The notes under the pieces were generated by a model, which did no database searches, was not told the DNA's origin, and saw only the letters and a program-made list of their open reading frames with translations. A stretch of DNA of 64,000 nucleotides from Syncephalis fuscata S228 (Eukaryota > Fungi > Zoopagomycota): positions 507,951-571,950 of the forward strand of contig JAHLTZ010000015.1 in the NCBI GenBank assembly GCA_025786725.1. Reading direction: 5' to 3'. Positions 39,101 to 52,800 of the stretch are shown in pieces; the first letter of the stretch is position 1; every line of letters starts with the position of its first letter. Position numbers and translations under genes: made by a program.

Positions 39101-40039
39101 TAGTCTTTGCTAATGTAGTAACATACAAAAATATCTCACTACGACGCTCATACAGAGCAACACCTAATAATTCAGTTGTATATAAGATACATAATTTACT
39201 AGAATTTATATTCTGATTACTTACCGGTAACCGGCTCTTCACTAGACCAAGCAGTGCGCTGTTTTGGACTTCTATCCTTAAGAAGCTGTCCTCGTAGCAC
39301 AACTACTCGTCCATCAGCAAACCCAAGTGCAATTTGTGTCATATTCTCTAGAATATCAAATGCGGTCACCTAAATCATAAATAGTTAATATATTAGAAGA
39401 ACTGCCGCTGTTACTATATAATAATTACTGGATAAGTAGTGCTGTTTCCACTCTGCTGTACACGAATTGTTTTCAATAAAGTTGGATCACCATCTGGTAG
39501 ATTTTTACGTAATTTCCATATACGAATTGTGGGCGAATTGCCCGAGCCAATTTCTTCCTACAACGATGAATCAACATTTAATTTAATTTAATTAATTTGT
39601 ATGCAACAACACTACTTACACTTAATGTTACTAATCGACCTTGTCCATCCAGTGATTTGAGATGTGTTAAACGCTCTTCATCTTCAGAATGAATGGCAAA
39701 TGAACGCACATCCAATCGTCGATCTACTAAATACATCTCGCCTCGCGAAGGTATCTGATAGCAAAGAATAGCGTTAAGTATATATCAAATCATGTTGTTT
39801 ATCATGTTTGTACGGTTAGTCACATAAAGGATATTGCCTAGACAAATGTAACCTTTACATTGGACTACGCCAACCAGGTCAGTATCCTACATTAACAGCA
39901 ACTGTTAGCATGAATGATAGCCATAGTAGCTATAACAATTTACGGTAAAGCAAGTGGGCGGTTCTTCTATCTCATCTCGGTCAAAGAATTGAAAATGTCT
40001 CCATTGAAATGGCCGACTAGGTACACTTGTAGTAATCAT
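36150..40039 (-). CDS. VPS11: Vacuolar protein sorting 11 (HOPS/CORVET subunit), multi-exon, apparent 1-nt deletions
   Basis: N-terminal QWRHFQFFD, YSYTPEGRGPCYAFEG, GDHLHSKGDYDGAM, FLDAQRI and a C-terminal RING (CSGCSGALDLPVAHFMCRHSYHQRC). Confidence 0.92.
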
Positions 40040-40333
40040 GATAAAGCACTTGCACTATCAACTAGAGAATAGCCACTTAATAGACAATAGCAATAGACAA
40101 TAGCAAGAGTGATGAGTGTTAGTATGAATAAAGTAGTTATGGTTGTAAAGGTAAAGATGACGACAACAATGTTAGTTGAAATACGAACACAGAAATGTGT
40201 CAACAGTGGATAATTTGGTGTAATTGATATACAGTAGCATTGTCATGGGATTTAATTGCTGATTTTTTAAACAATTCTCTATATTTTATTTTTCATTTAA
40301 TTGATTGCAAGATTCATATATTATTATAGTGCT

Positions 40334-41287
40334 ATGGAGAATAACGAAACCAATAAGACATGGCCTAGTGGTCTAATAATGGTTAAGGAGTTTATTAGTC
40401 CAGAAGAAGAGGAGGCACTTATGGCAGTTATTGATAAACAGCCGTGGTCGGGAAAAGGTATTGGGTATGTACATGGCTATGTAAATAGTGCTGCTTTATA
40501 TTAACACTATTGAATAGAATTAATCCAGAAATGCGACGCCGAACACAACACTACGGCTATGAGTTTAGCTATTCAAAACGGTAATAATAATAAAAACTGT
40601 AGCAGTAATATAATAGCTATGTATCAACGATCCATTAACGGTAGTCCAGTAAAGTAATACGATTTATTGATGATACGCCGATGCCGAGCCAGTTCTCCAC
40701 CATTCTAGACCGTATTGTTAACGATCCACGACAGCTATGGCAACCAGAATGTAGCCACTTGGAAGAAACGTGTAATAGTGAACATAATCGATGTCGACTA
40801 TTTCATACTACTGGATTGCCACCAGATAGTGTTATTGTTAATGAATATGAAAAGGGGCAAGGTATTATGCCGCATACCGGTAAGTGTATACTATTCTATT
40901 CATTCATTCATTTATTCATTTGTTTGTTTGTTTGCTAATTTAATTTGTTCTAGATGGACCTAGTGCATTTGGACCGGTTGTAGCCTCGTTATCTTTATTA
41001 TCTGACTGTTTATTTACATTCGATAATCCAGCCGATCCAGAATATACTTTATCCATTAAACTACGTAAGTTGTATATGTTTATTGATTAGTACAGTTTAC
41101 TAATAACCGGATTCATATAGCCCGTCGATCGTTGGTTATTATGCGTGGATTTACACGTTACCAACTACGACATGGTATTGCCAAGAATTTAGTTGAATTC
41201 CACAACGGAGAAACAATAGACCGAGGTCGACGTGTGTCATTGACTATTCGCCGTATTGGCCATTATGGCTATAATATTACTGAATAA
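40334..41287 (+). CDS. AlkB-family 2OG-Fe(II) dioxygenase, multi-exon
   Basis: EFISPEEEEAL, RRTQHYGYEF, VNEYEKGQGIMPHTD, HGI and RVSLTIR. Confidence 0.85.
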
Positions 41288-41571
41288 ATAATTGCATGTT
41301 TGTTATCATGAAACGCGACTACACATGTCGTGTGATCTTATCGTCATTGCTATTTTTAATTTGAGTACAGCTGAGCCTTTGCACACTTCTATAAATATTC
41401 TCTACGAACCAAGTAGTTATTGGTTTTAGTTTTAATATTTAGTCGGCGTCACTCACTCACACGTTACCCATACGCTTTCCTTCCTTTTCTCCTTCACAAT
41501 TCATTCAACTGTCTAACGAACAGTAGCAGTACTTGGTATTTTGCAAGTAATTACCGATACCTTTTGAAGCT

Positions 41572-42770
41572 ATGGACAATCGTCCACTACCACCTGGCTG
41601 GTAAGTAATTGGTGTTGGTATAGAAGCATACTTACAGTAGAATAGGATAAGCCAATTCGATCAAGGTAGCAATCGGTATTTTTATGTTGGTAAGTACAGA
41701 CATATATTCAGTATTAAAAATATAGATATTGATATGGTTATATGTGTTTATTATGTTTAATAGATACTGCTACAGGACAGTCGTCATGGGATGATCCACG
41801 ACCGGCATTCTATGCTGCTCAACCACCTTCGAGTGGTCATAGTGCCACACCAGTAGGCAATACGCCTTCTGGTATGCCAATGAGTATGCCCAATGCTGAC
41901 GATTCAGCATCACCACCACCCGCCTATCCAAATATGTCTGGTCCGGGCTATCCACCAGCTGGACCGTCACATAGCAATACAAATGGCAATTCATCGTCGG
42001 AAAAGACGTCGTATCCTCCTGCAGGAGCTCCACTTCAAGGAGGTCCGCCACCCATGCCTGGCTATGGTACTAGCGCTACACCAGGCTACGGCGCTCCTCC
42101 TGGATATCAAGGAGCAGGAGGAGCAGGACCGTCAGGCTATGGCACACCACCACCACCTCCGGGCCAACAAGGCTATGGTATGCCACCAGGACAGCCAGGC
42201 TACGGTGCACCACCGCCTCCTCCGGGTCAACAAGGCTATGGTATGCCACCACCAGGACAGCCAGGCTATGCGAGTGAGCCTCAAGCTAATGCTTATTATG
42301 GAGGTGCTCCTCCACCTGCAGGCCAGGCTGGAGCCGATGCAGATAAGATGGGCATGGGCAAGATTGCCGGATTAGCCGCTGGTGCTGGTGGCATTGGTCT
42401 TCTTGGCAGTATGCTTGCTAATAGCAATAAACCACACGGTAGCAGTGGTGGTGGTGGCTTTATGGGCAATATGATGGGTGGTGGCCATAATCAACACGGT
42501 AGCAGTGGTGGTGGCTTTATGAGCAATATGATGGGTGGTGGCCATAAGCCACCAAAGCCGCAAAAACCTTCTAGCGGCGGTAACTCGCTAGCTATGGGTG
42601 CCATGGGTGTAGTAGGTGGCGGTGCACTTGGCTACGCGGCCGCACATATGATGGGTGGTGGCAAGAAGCATAAAAAGCATCATAAGCACAAGGGCTGGAA
42701 AGGATTCAAAGGCAAAGGCTGGAAGGGATTCAAAGCTAAAGGCTGGAAAGGATTCAAAGGCTGGAAATAG
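41572..42770 (+). CDS. WW-domain Gly/Pro-rich protein (Wwm1-like)
   Basis: Spliced N-terminus MDNRPLPPGWISQFD...YFYVDTATGQSSWDDPRP, PPGQQGYG repeats and a KGWKGFK-repeat tail. Confidence 0.85.
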
Positions 42771-43655
42771 TAGTGAATTACCATTATTGTGTTATTAATC
42801 TATGTCATCGACCTGATACATAATGTTAATACATTATAGTGTGTTGTTTGTTAATAATATAATATGATATTCCACACTTAATAACAACAATTAATACAAA
42901 AACGTTGTTGATTATTGGTAATAAATTTAGTTTAATCGTTATTAGATGACATTATTGTGCAAAGTGTAATTTTTGATTGTCAACACCATTCATTTAATTC
43001 ATTGTAGACCACAAATACATGTTTGCACACACAAAATAAAGTATAATGATCAGTTTAACACATCCTTAATAACATCGTGGAAATGACCACAAGAGTACGA
43101 CAATTAGATCCAACAAATAATGAATACAAAAGAATAGACAGAAAAAGAATAGACATTGCCAATAAGACACAAAGTTGCTGCTATTGCTATTGCCGTGTAT
43201 CGATATCGACATAGCTATACAATATGAATGCCATGTCCTATCTTTCTATCTTTCTATCAATGTTTACACTTTGATAGGCAATCATTTAATTGATCGATTG
43301 AAAGAAAAGATAAAGGATAGGATTGGACTATGACAAACATAAGTAGTAATAGTCGTTGTCAGCGCTATCGTTGTACTGATTGCACTTGCGACATAGGCAA
43401 TAGCAGCAGCAACTGTATATGGTTAGGCAACTACACACGCCATGGAAAAAACAAGGTAAATGCGGTGGTGTTAGATTAGAGAGACGTGTACGTATAGGTA
43501 TGTATATATGAATGACGTGTTCAATGTCAGTTCTTTATCTATGCTTCTTTCCGCTATTCCCGTATCGTTCTTCTAGCTGGTATCGTCGTTGTTGTCACTC
43601 TTGTGGTCACGGTAGTTGTTGTTGTTGTTCACAGTACACATGGTGTGCTGCTAGA

Positions 43656-44715
43656 TTAGCAGCAGCCACCGCCACCTTGTTGGCCGATTGTTTGGCCTGC
43701 GCCCACCTTAACCGTTGATTTGCCTGCTTGATTTGACATCGTTTGGCTGCCCATTCGGTCCTTGATCTGCTTGGCCATGGTAAGGAAAGCTTGTTCGACG
43801 TTTGTAGCATTTTTAGCCGATGTTTCAAGGAACGGAATGTTAAGCTGATCTGCGCAGTCCTTGGCCGTGGCATATTCAACCGCCTTCTTGCCTTCGAGAT
43901 CGCTTTTATTGCCCACTAGAAGCTTGTTAACACCTTCACATGCATAACGATCGATTTCTTGCAGCCACTGCTTGACATTGGTAAATGTATCGGCATCGGT
44001 AACGTCATACACGACAATGATACCATGTGCACCACGGTAATACGAACTGGTAATTGTACGGAAACGCTCCTGGCCAGCAGTATCCCACTATAGTTGTCAT
44101 AAATATACGTGTTATTGTTAGTTAAATGTCCATGACAACTGCCATGTTTACTAGCCGTTTATAATTAATCACTTACAATCTGCAATTTTACAGTCTTGCC
44201 TTCAAGTTCAATGGTACGAATTTTCTACACAATAAATGATTGATTAATAATTAGATCTAGTCAACTCATACCACATCGACATGCTTATAGATTACACTAT
44301 TCAAGCTGCTAATAACTCTGACTCATCAAACAAACTACTTGATCTATTTACTTACAAAGTCCACACCAATGGTACTAATATAGCTCTCTGTATAAGTGTC
44401 ATCGGCAAAACGAAGCAATAGACAGGATTTGCCCACACCAGAGTCACCAATAAGCAAAAGCTTAAAGAGATAGTCGCTAAATAATAAATATATATATAAA
44501 TATTAGTAAATAATCATGTAAATAACGTCTAATTTAATAGAGTAACTGTGTAAGTCAACAAGCCACTGGTCATTTCATCCAATAGCTACACTTGTACTAG
44601 TTCTATTACTAGTACAAGCATATATACAGATTATATATATGGCCATTTATCTTAAACAGATTACTCGTATAGGCCCAGCGCATTAGACTATTTATACTTA
44701 CTATTCGGGGTTCAT
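43656..44715 (-). CDS. YPT1: Rab1 GTPase, 4 exons
   Basis: MNPEY|[36 protein letters not shown] and a GGGCC terminus. Confidence 0.96.
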
Positions 44716-45964
44716 ATTGTCGTAGTGGAAGTGTTAAAGGCGGTAGACTAGCGGATACTTTTGAAAGTAGACTGTAAATAGCGGTAACACTCACTATGTT
44801 CAAAGGCAGTTGAGAAAAGTAGAAATAACAGGATGCGCACACAAACACACAAACAAACAGCGCGTTGATAATCCAATTCAAAATGAGAATACAGTCGGTT
44901 ATTGACAGCAATCGAGCGCCAAGAGTAAAAGTGATGAAGAGCGAAAGATGAACGAAGGAGAACAAAGTGTGTGTGTATGAATGTTGATGTGGATGTAAGT
45001 GGGTCGGTTGATTAGCTGCTATCTTTCCAATAGTCAGTTCCCATTATCAATTTAGACCAATCATTGATCATTCTGGCGTCATCCATTGCACCACTCACCC
45101 ACACACACACACCTACACGCCTATATGCGTACACACACTCAATTTTATCAACGACTACTATATGGCTATATGCATATATATATTCATATAGATATATTTC
45201 TATCTATCTAATATATATATATATATTGCTACATATATATATGTGCTTAGGTAGAGAAAAAAGTGATATCTATCTACTTTTCTTACTGCTTTACTAATCG
45301 TTTACAGCATAGCTCATCATGGATATGCATATATTATACCATTTCATACCACTTACCTAAACTGTATTTTTAATATAGATACGATTATCACGTAGAATAT
45401 AGTAGTAGACAGTAAACAAATAAGCACAAGTATATCCGTATAAGTAGTCACACTAAGATGGCAACTGTAGAAACAATAAAGATGTAAGTGATTTAGACTA
45501 GCAATCACAAAAGTTAAAGGTCAATAGAACGAGGATGAAGACGAAGAGACAAATAGAATGAAGAGTCAAGGTAAGCAGTAGTTAAAGTAGTAGAAATAGA
45601 AGTAAAAGTAAAAGTAAAAGTAGGAGTAGAAGAAGGGAGAAAGGGTCAATTGAGGAAATATTTATTAGTAATAGCATTAACATACAGACTATTAAATAGT
45701 TAAAGGATGATTAAATCAATAAATGTGTAATACAGCTGTGTCAGTCATTGTTACATCATACAAACGAGTGTATAAAAAGGGGACCACGTCCTTACTGTCC
45801 TTTATTTATTAAAAACAATAAATGCTAGTATGCTACTAGGAGAGAAGATAGAGAGAGTGTGTGTGTGCGTGTGTGAGTATACTAAGCTATAAAAATATCG
45901 TATTTTGCTTTTTCCATTACGTTGTTGTTATACTTGTCGTTGTCACGCCGTTAATATATTACTA

Positions 45965-47003
45965 CTACGTGCTTACAGCATGTACAAAGCCGGCCAAGGT
46001 ACGCGATGCATATCGCAGTATTTCTCGTCGAAATAACACTTCAGTCGCTACATCATCGGCCAGTTCAATGACCCATTCTGTAAGACTGGGTGATAGGCGC
46101 GGTACTGCACCAAGATTAACCGCTGAGGGACTCTGTGTTGGATCAACAATAATTTCGGAACAGGATCGTTTAATAGCGGCAAATTCCAATTCAACACGTG
46201 AGCGATATTTATCAAAATGCTGACCGGCTTGACCAAGACAGTGGTAGAATAGCGCGAGTTGATGCGCTACATACTTGTGATTGGGTAGTCGAAGTGAATC
46301 CTTTAGTTGCAATGAAATGGCCACCAATTGGTGCATAGTAGACATACGGGCAAAATGATCTACACACAGTTACCATTACCGTCGATAATGAGTAAATATT
46401 AAATACTGCTGATTATCATGTGACTCTCCTGCTTACCACGAATTGTTGAAGAGCGATCTTGGTCGGTTGTAGAGGACAGGTCCTCAATGCCTAACCGAGT
46501 GGCGGCTTTAGGAAATAGAGATGCTAGACCCACTTCTGTAATATAGGTCTATATCAATAGAAAGATTGTTAGATGAATAAACTACGCTGGATGCTATTTA
46601 CTTGAATAGAACGGCCTGCCTCATCATGCTGCTCTACAAGTGCACGCAACGCGGTCGATAAACGTACTGTCTCGCGTTCTTCAACAGGTGGTTGCTCTTG
46701 GAACACCGTTTCAGCCGACTGTTTGCTAGTGATTAGCACGAGATGTCTGCCTATATACACGCATATAGCCATTTACCTGCTCTTGTTGTTCAAGTCGCAT
46801 AAGTGCTAGTTCAAGATCGGTCATCAACGATAACGCTTGAAAGCCTAGACGCTTTCTCTTAGATGCCGGTTTCACTACTAGCGGGTCTTGCATATGCGTT
46901 TCAACTGAAAACACCGAATGATTGGTGGAGGTTCATATGGGCAGATAGCCCACTTACCCGCTACTACATTGTCCACGACACCATGGACGCTGACTAAAGG
47001 CAT
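45965..47003 (-). CDS. Hypothetical protein, multi-exon
   Basis: Consecutive minus-strand exon ORFs with GT-AG introns; no domain recognised. Confidence 0.55.
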
Positions 47004-47272
47004 ACTATTTGCTAATTTACTCATCTTGCTTAATACACAAAATATTGGAGGAAATAACGAGGATAAGAGCGAGCGAGAGCGATAAAGAGAGAGAAAGAGA
47101 AAGAAAAGGAAAGGACTGTGACGTGATTTGCTGCCAAGAACTTGTTCAAAAGTGAATCATAAAACATGCTCCATAGATAGATTAAAGCGATAACGATAGA
47201 TTGATAGACTGGCACTCAAGAAATAGATCACCGTGATGGTGCATAAGGTAGAGTAACCCATGGTATTAATAA

Positions 47273-49169
47273 TTAATTACTATTATTATCAGTATTATCG
47301 TCATTAATAACCGATATAGATACAACGGAGTGGGCTGTTTCTTGTGATGGTGGTGGTGGTAATGATACGGGCGGGGAAGAGGAATTATTTTGTTCTTTAA
47401 ATGCTGTAATGGCTGCAGTATAGGCATCACTAGATTCAATATCTTGCGCGATACATAATAATTGACGTAGATTTGAATTCTCTGCTTGTAATTGTGCACG
47501 TTCCAATTGTTCTTCATCATCGAGGGCATATTGCGTGTGTACAGCATATCGAACTCGATTGCCAAGTCGATCGAGTGCCGTTTTTAGCCTAGTCATTTCT
47601 TGATCCATAATCATCGTGCGTTTCTATTAATAAAATACAATTATTTGATTAGTGTTTTAATTTCATTTCATTTTATCAACTTACTTGTTCTACTAAAAGA
47701 GCACAAGTATGAGCACGTCGCATTTCACCCATAGCATGTTGAACTGTAAACTATTCAATTGTTAGTATATATTGTTGTTAGATGAATGTATTATTTACTT
47801 ACAGTTTGTGCTCTAAATCGATCCATGATTGTTTCGAGTGCTCGTTCATGTTCTTTTACAATACTAGTGAGTTCACGTGTCTCATCCTCTAGTAAACAAT
47901 TTCGTTGTCGTAATCGAGTATTTTCCATTTGTAGTTGGTCTATTTAATGGATTCATTCGTTTAATCACTAGTATATTAATTAATTTAATTATAACTTACT
48001 TATTTCGGCCGGTGTTGGTATGAAGGCTGATTCCGTATGCTGTAAGTTGTTGGCCATGACTGTAGTCTGGTTACTACCACCAACACTACCACTACCAATA
48101 CTGCCATTGATATGGACTACAGATGGTTGACGAGAACGCTAGATGCAAGTTAATAAATACTATTGCTATTATGCTATAATTGTCCCCCTACCACCATGCA
48201 CTGATCGGCTCTTCGTCGTAAATCGTCTAAATTACGCTGATTTCGTGATAGAAATGACGATAATTGTCCCGTAAGATGCCATATTTTATGCATATTTTTG
48301 TCATCCATTGGTTGAGTGGTTGACGTCGTTGGGATACTTTTACTACGTTCATGGCCATTATTAGGTGATTTTGCCTCTGTCTTAGTAGATTTGGGTGGTG
48401 AATTTGTTGCCACGGCAGTTACCATCGATGCATCTGTCTTAATACTCGTAAGAGGTGCTGATGCAGTTGCTGTAATAGCCGATACTTGAGCAATAGCACT
48501 ATCCAATGTCATATCTTTAGTCGGTGATGTGGATAAAGATGTACTAGTAGAGGTTGACACACTATGTTCACTAGACAATAGAGTACTATCTACACTATGT
48601 TCACTGCCACTATTGCTACTAGCATCACTATCTTCGTTAGTGGCATTATTTGTAGATAAAAGTATATTGGGTACAGTATGCATATCCATATGATCATCCG
48701 ATGATGTTGGTGATGGCAGGGCAATAGCGGCCATGGTGGTTGTCGGTGTTGTTTGTGACGAGTCGTCAATAGTATGACTGTCGTCAGAAGGCGTAGAAGT
48801 AAAGAATGTCAATGTTGCTGGTTTGTTTGACGCGTCAATCGCTGTAGTTATTCCTATTGGTACATCAGCGGTGGTAGTAGCGGTAGTAGAAGTAGGAGTA
48901 GTAGAAGTAGTAGTAGAAGCTGCTGCTGCTGCTGCTTGTGCTGCATTACGCTCATCCGCTTCTACTGCTGTCCGTACCGATAATGCAGCAGATGTTTTAC
49001 TCGAAGTAGAAGGTGATATAGCACCAGCTGGTGTTGCATCGACCGCTGTCACAGGTGCAGCAGTTGTAGTAGCAACTACAAGAGCGGGATTACGCTTTGC
49101 ATTGGACCGTTTACGTCCATTCTTGCGCCGTCCCGACGATCCAGTATTTGAAGACTGAGATGAAGACAT
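47273..49169 (-). CDS. SIKE/FGFR1OP2-family coiled-coil protein with long Ser/Thr-rich N-terminus
   Basis: ELTSIVKEHERALETIMDRFRAQ and LQAENSNLRQLL resemble SIKE-family motifs. Confidence 0.7.
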
Positions 49170-49679
49170 GATCAATGATTACGACTAGCAAATAGATGGT
49201 AGCAACGAACAAACGTGTGAATCTAGCCGTAAGTATCGATAAGTAGCAAGAAATACGTCATATACCAAAATGTAAGTAAATAGATAAAATAATAAGGCAG
49301 TGTTATATAAATACTAAGTAGTAAATAATAACAATAATAATAATTTAGTAATTTTATTTATTTTAAAATATTACACTATTAATTATATTCATCCTTATAA
49401 AACTAAATTTTAATAATAATAATAATAATAACTATAGCTATATAGATATATATAGTAAATGCAAAAATAGGACAATTGAATTAATCTGCAATGATAATCA
49501 CTACTAATAAATCTAATCGATTTACATTTATGCGTGTGCTTACCCCCCACTCATCTACACTGCCCAATACAATATATAATACAAATCGTATAATACATTA
49601 CTGTATTGACAATAGTAAACAATACTCAAAAGTGACCAATATCATCACTATTAAGAGTTACCTGGTCATGTTACTTGCC

Positions 49680-49711
<32 letters not shown>

Positions 49712-49896
49712 AGAGATATACAGCGCCTATAATGGACCGGTCAAGTTAAACCATAGACTATTAAGGGGCAAATAACGCTTTGCCTCATTCAACAAGCAAG
49801 TTAAATCGCTTTCACTCTTGTTACTTGTCTCCATTGTCATCGATGATCCATTAACCTGTCGGTATTGGTGCCATTTCATATAGGCTAGACGTCTGT

Positions 49897-52800
49897 TTAA
49901 TGAATTGATATCACACAATTAGTTCCAACATCTATACAGTTAATCATGAAATGAGCCCACATAGTCCACAATGCCTGATCCCAAGGAAATCTTGATAGTG
50001 CACCCATTAGTTGGCGCTCTATCTTCTTTCTTTTCTTCTTTGTCTCGCCTGTATCCTCGAGGGCCATCGTATAAAGTAGTCTAGTTATTTTATCAACGAT
50101 TATTCTTTGATTTACCGGTTTCTTACAATCGCCAATAATGCACATTATCTTTTAATAAATAGTGCAAATGAGGTCCAATCGTCTTCCATCCCGTGCTTAA
50201 TGATAGCGATAATGAAGGCAGTGTATATTCATTTAACAGCTCATTAACAAATGTCCAATCCTACATATATACATATAGCCGTGTATGGTCAATGAATACC
50301 CCAATTAATTCTTTTCTATTCTTTACCTTTAATGGAATAAAGTTGGCTTTTGTTACATTGCCGACTGGATTGTACAAGTGTACAAAACTATGCGTTAGTT
50401 GTGGTATAGCTTGTTCTAGTAATTTCTGTATAAATAAATTCTTATTTTCTTTATCTTGCTCTGAAATGGATCCTGTAGATCTGTGTTTAATTGCCCATTC
50501 TATAAATCTATTATATAATTAGACTATTTCTAGTATGCCAGTATCATTGTGCTTACATCTTCCAAATTACGACTAATGTACCTTCCCATTCATATTCCAT
50601 TCGATTTGATGAAGATGGGGATGATTTTATGGCCGTAATCATTTCATTAAATAGATTGACCGTTGTTTCAGTATCATTGAGTGACTGTACACCCGTCAAT
50701 TGAAGAAAGAGTAAATAGTTTAGCCATAAATAAATGTCTGTTCTTGTTGAAGCAATACTAATCCCTTCTCTAGGTGATATTAGATCAATTGAAGTTGGAT
50801 AGCCTAATAATTTGCGATAGAGTCGTCCTATTTGCTGTGGACTGTCACAGCTAACCGATAAAGACTGTTCATCAAAGTAACAGCGAACACAATTACCCAG
50901 TTGAACTAGTAATTCATCGCGTATTTTAGGATCATTGTCTTGATTCAGTGTTATATAGGCCATAATCCATCGATGATATAAAAAATTGGTACCCATTTGT
51001 TTAAATCTTGATTCTTTAGTCGATGTATTTAAAGACCAACATTGATGTTGTTCCAAGGTCTGTTGTTGAATCGAATCTAGTAATATATCTGTATGATGCT
51101 TCAACTATATATATATATATATATATATATTAATTAATTAGTTATTCAAATAGTTAAATAGTTACTTACATCTGGTTCAATATCTAATCGTAATTCTATT
51201 AGTGCAGGATCTGACCATCGATTAAAAGCCACTTTTCTAACAATATCTTGTATTTCTTGATTTGATAATTCAAATGTCTTTGTTAAATGAAGGCCATTTC
51301 GAGCTGCTGCTATAAATGCCAATAGCAATTGATCCGTTCCATTAACCTTCAAGTTATCTCTATTCTTAATTGCACCAAGATGCTTTAATAAAGCAACCCA
51401 TGTAAGATATACACTTCCTAAAAGTGAATTAGAACAATCGGATGACAGCTCTGATGATAAGGGCAGATTATTTAACCGATCATATCGTAATAGTAAAAGT
51501 CGATCAATCGTTACAAAGCTATTAGGTGCAGCGTAGAATAGATAATCCTGTGGAAGTTGTCGCCATAATAATAAATGAACATAAATGGTAATGACAAGTG
51601 TAAGGTGAATAGGCGTTAATAGTTTTACTAGTTTTCGACCTCCATCGATAGGTTGTATCGTTAAAGATGGTAATTTTGATAACTGTTTATCGCCAGCTAT
51701 TAACAATACAAGATCTGCTTCATCTTTACATTCAAGCAGAGCATATAATGTAATAATTGCCATATCGGCACTACCTGTAGTTAGGACAAGTACTATAATC
51801 TGCATAATAATATCTAATAAACGATGTGATCGTTGTGAAATATCTAATATACACGTAAATATCGACATCATATTAGCCATAGTAATTAACAACTGACCTA
51901 TTTCTGGTGTATTTAAAAGTAAATTCTCTGTCATCTCTTTTAATATTATTCGCTTCTTTGGCACTGTCTCTTCCCATAAATAATATCTATTATAATAGAT
52001 TAGTATTTGTATATTGCATAATATATACCGCATACCTCCATCGAATACTCCAAGCCATCGATGTATACTGAAGTGCATGATCTACCAAATTACGTACTGC
52101 ATCATTGTCACCTCGTCGCATAATCAATTCAAGATACATGTTCCATAATACTTCAGATGTAGGATGAACAGATAAAGCACGAGATAGAATGCGTAATGTG
52201 TCATCTAATTGTGTTCCCGGTGATCGAAGTAAATCAACTGGTAATGGATGTGGTAATAGATGTTGTGCATAAGCAATCCACATTTCAATACGTTCTGGTT
52301 GTTCAGTAATTATTGTTTCGTATTCTGTAGATGTTAATCGATCATTTGAATAATATCGACCAGTTGCTGTATCGTTGCCTTCTTCTGTATCATAGTCATT
52401 GAAATCATCATCTAATGCTCTTTGCATTATAGATAGTTGAATAGGTGGCATAATAGGTCGGATTGATACATAAAAAGGTGTTTCTTTGTTAATTGAAGCG
52501 GTTACTGTATTAGTTGCTGTTGTTGTTGTTTTAGTAATCTTGGACGATGTCAATAGTAATTCCTTTACTTGTTCATTTCTTTTCATAAATAGTACAGCTG
52601 TAGTATCATTTGGTTGATAATTAGACTGGAATTTAAGTATTTGTTCAATCATTAACTTGATATTGTCACCATTCGTCTTTAATATATCTACAATATGATT
52701 TACATAGGCTAGTTGTTCTTCTTTAGTCTCTCCACAAACATAGGAACAAAGATCAATTAATAGTTCTTTATCTAAATAAATAGATAGATAGATATATAAG

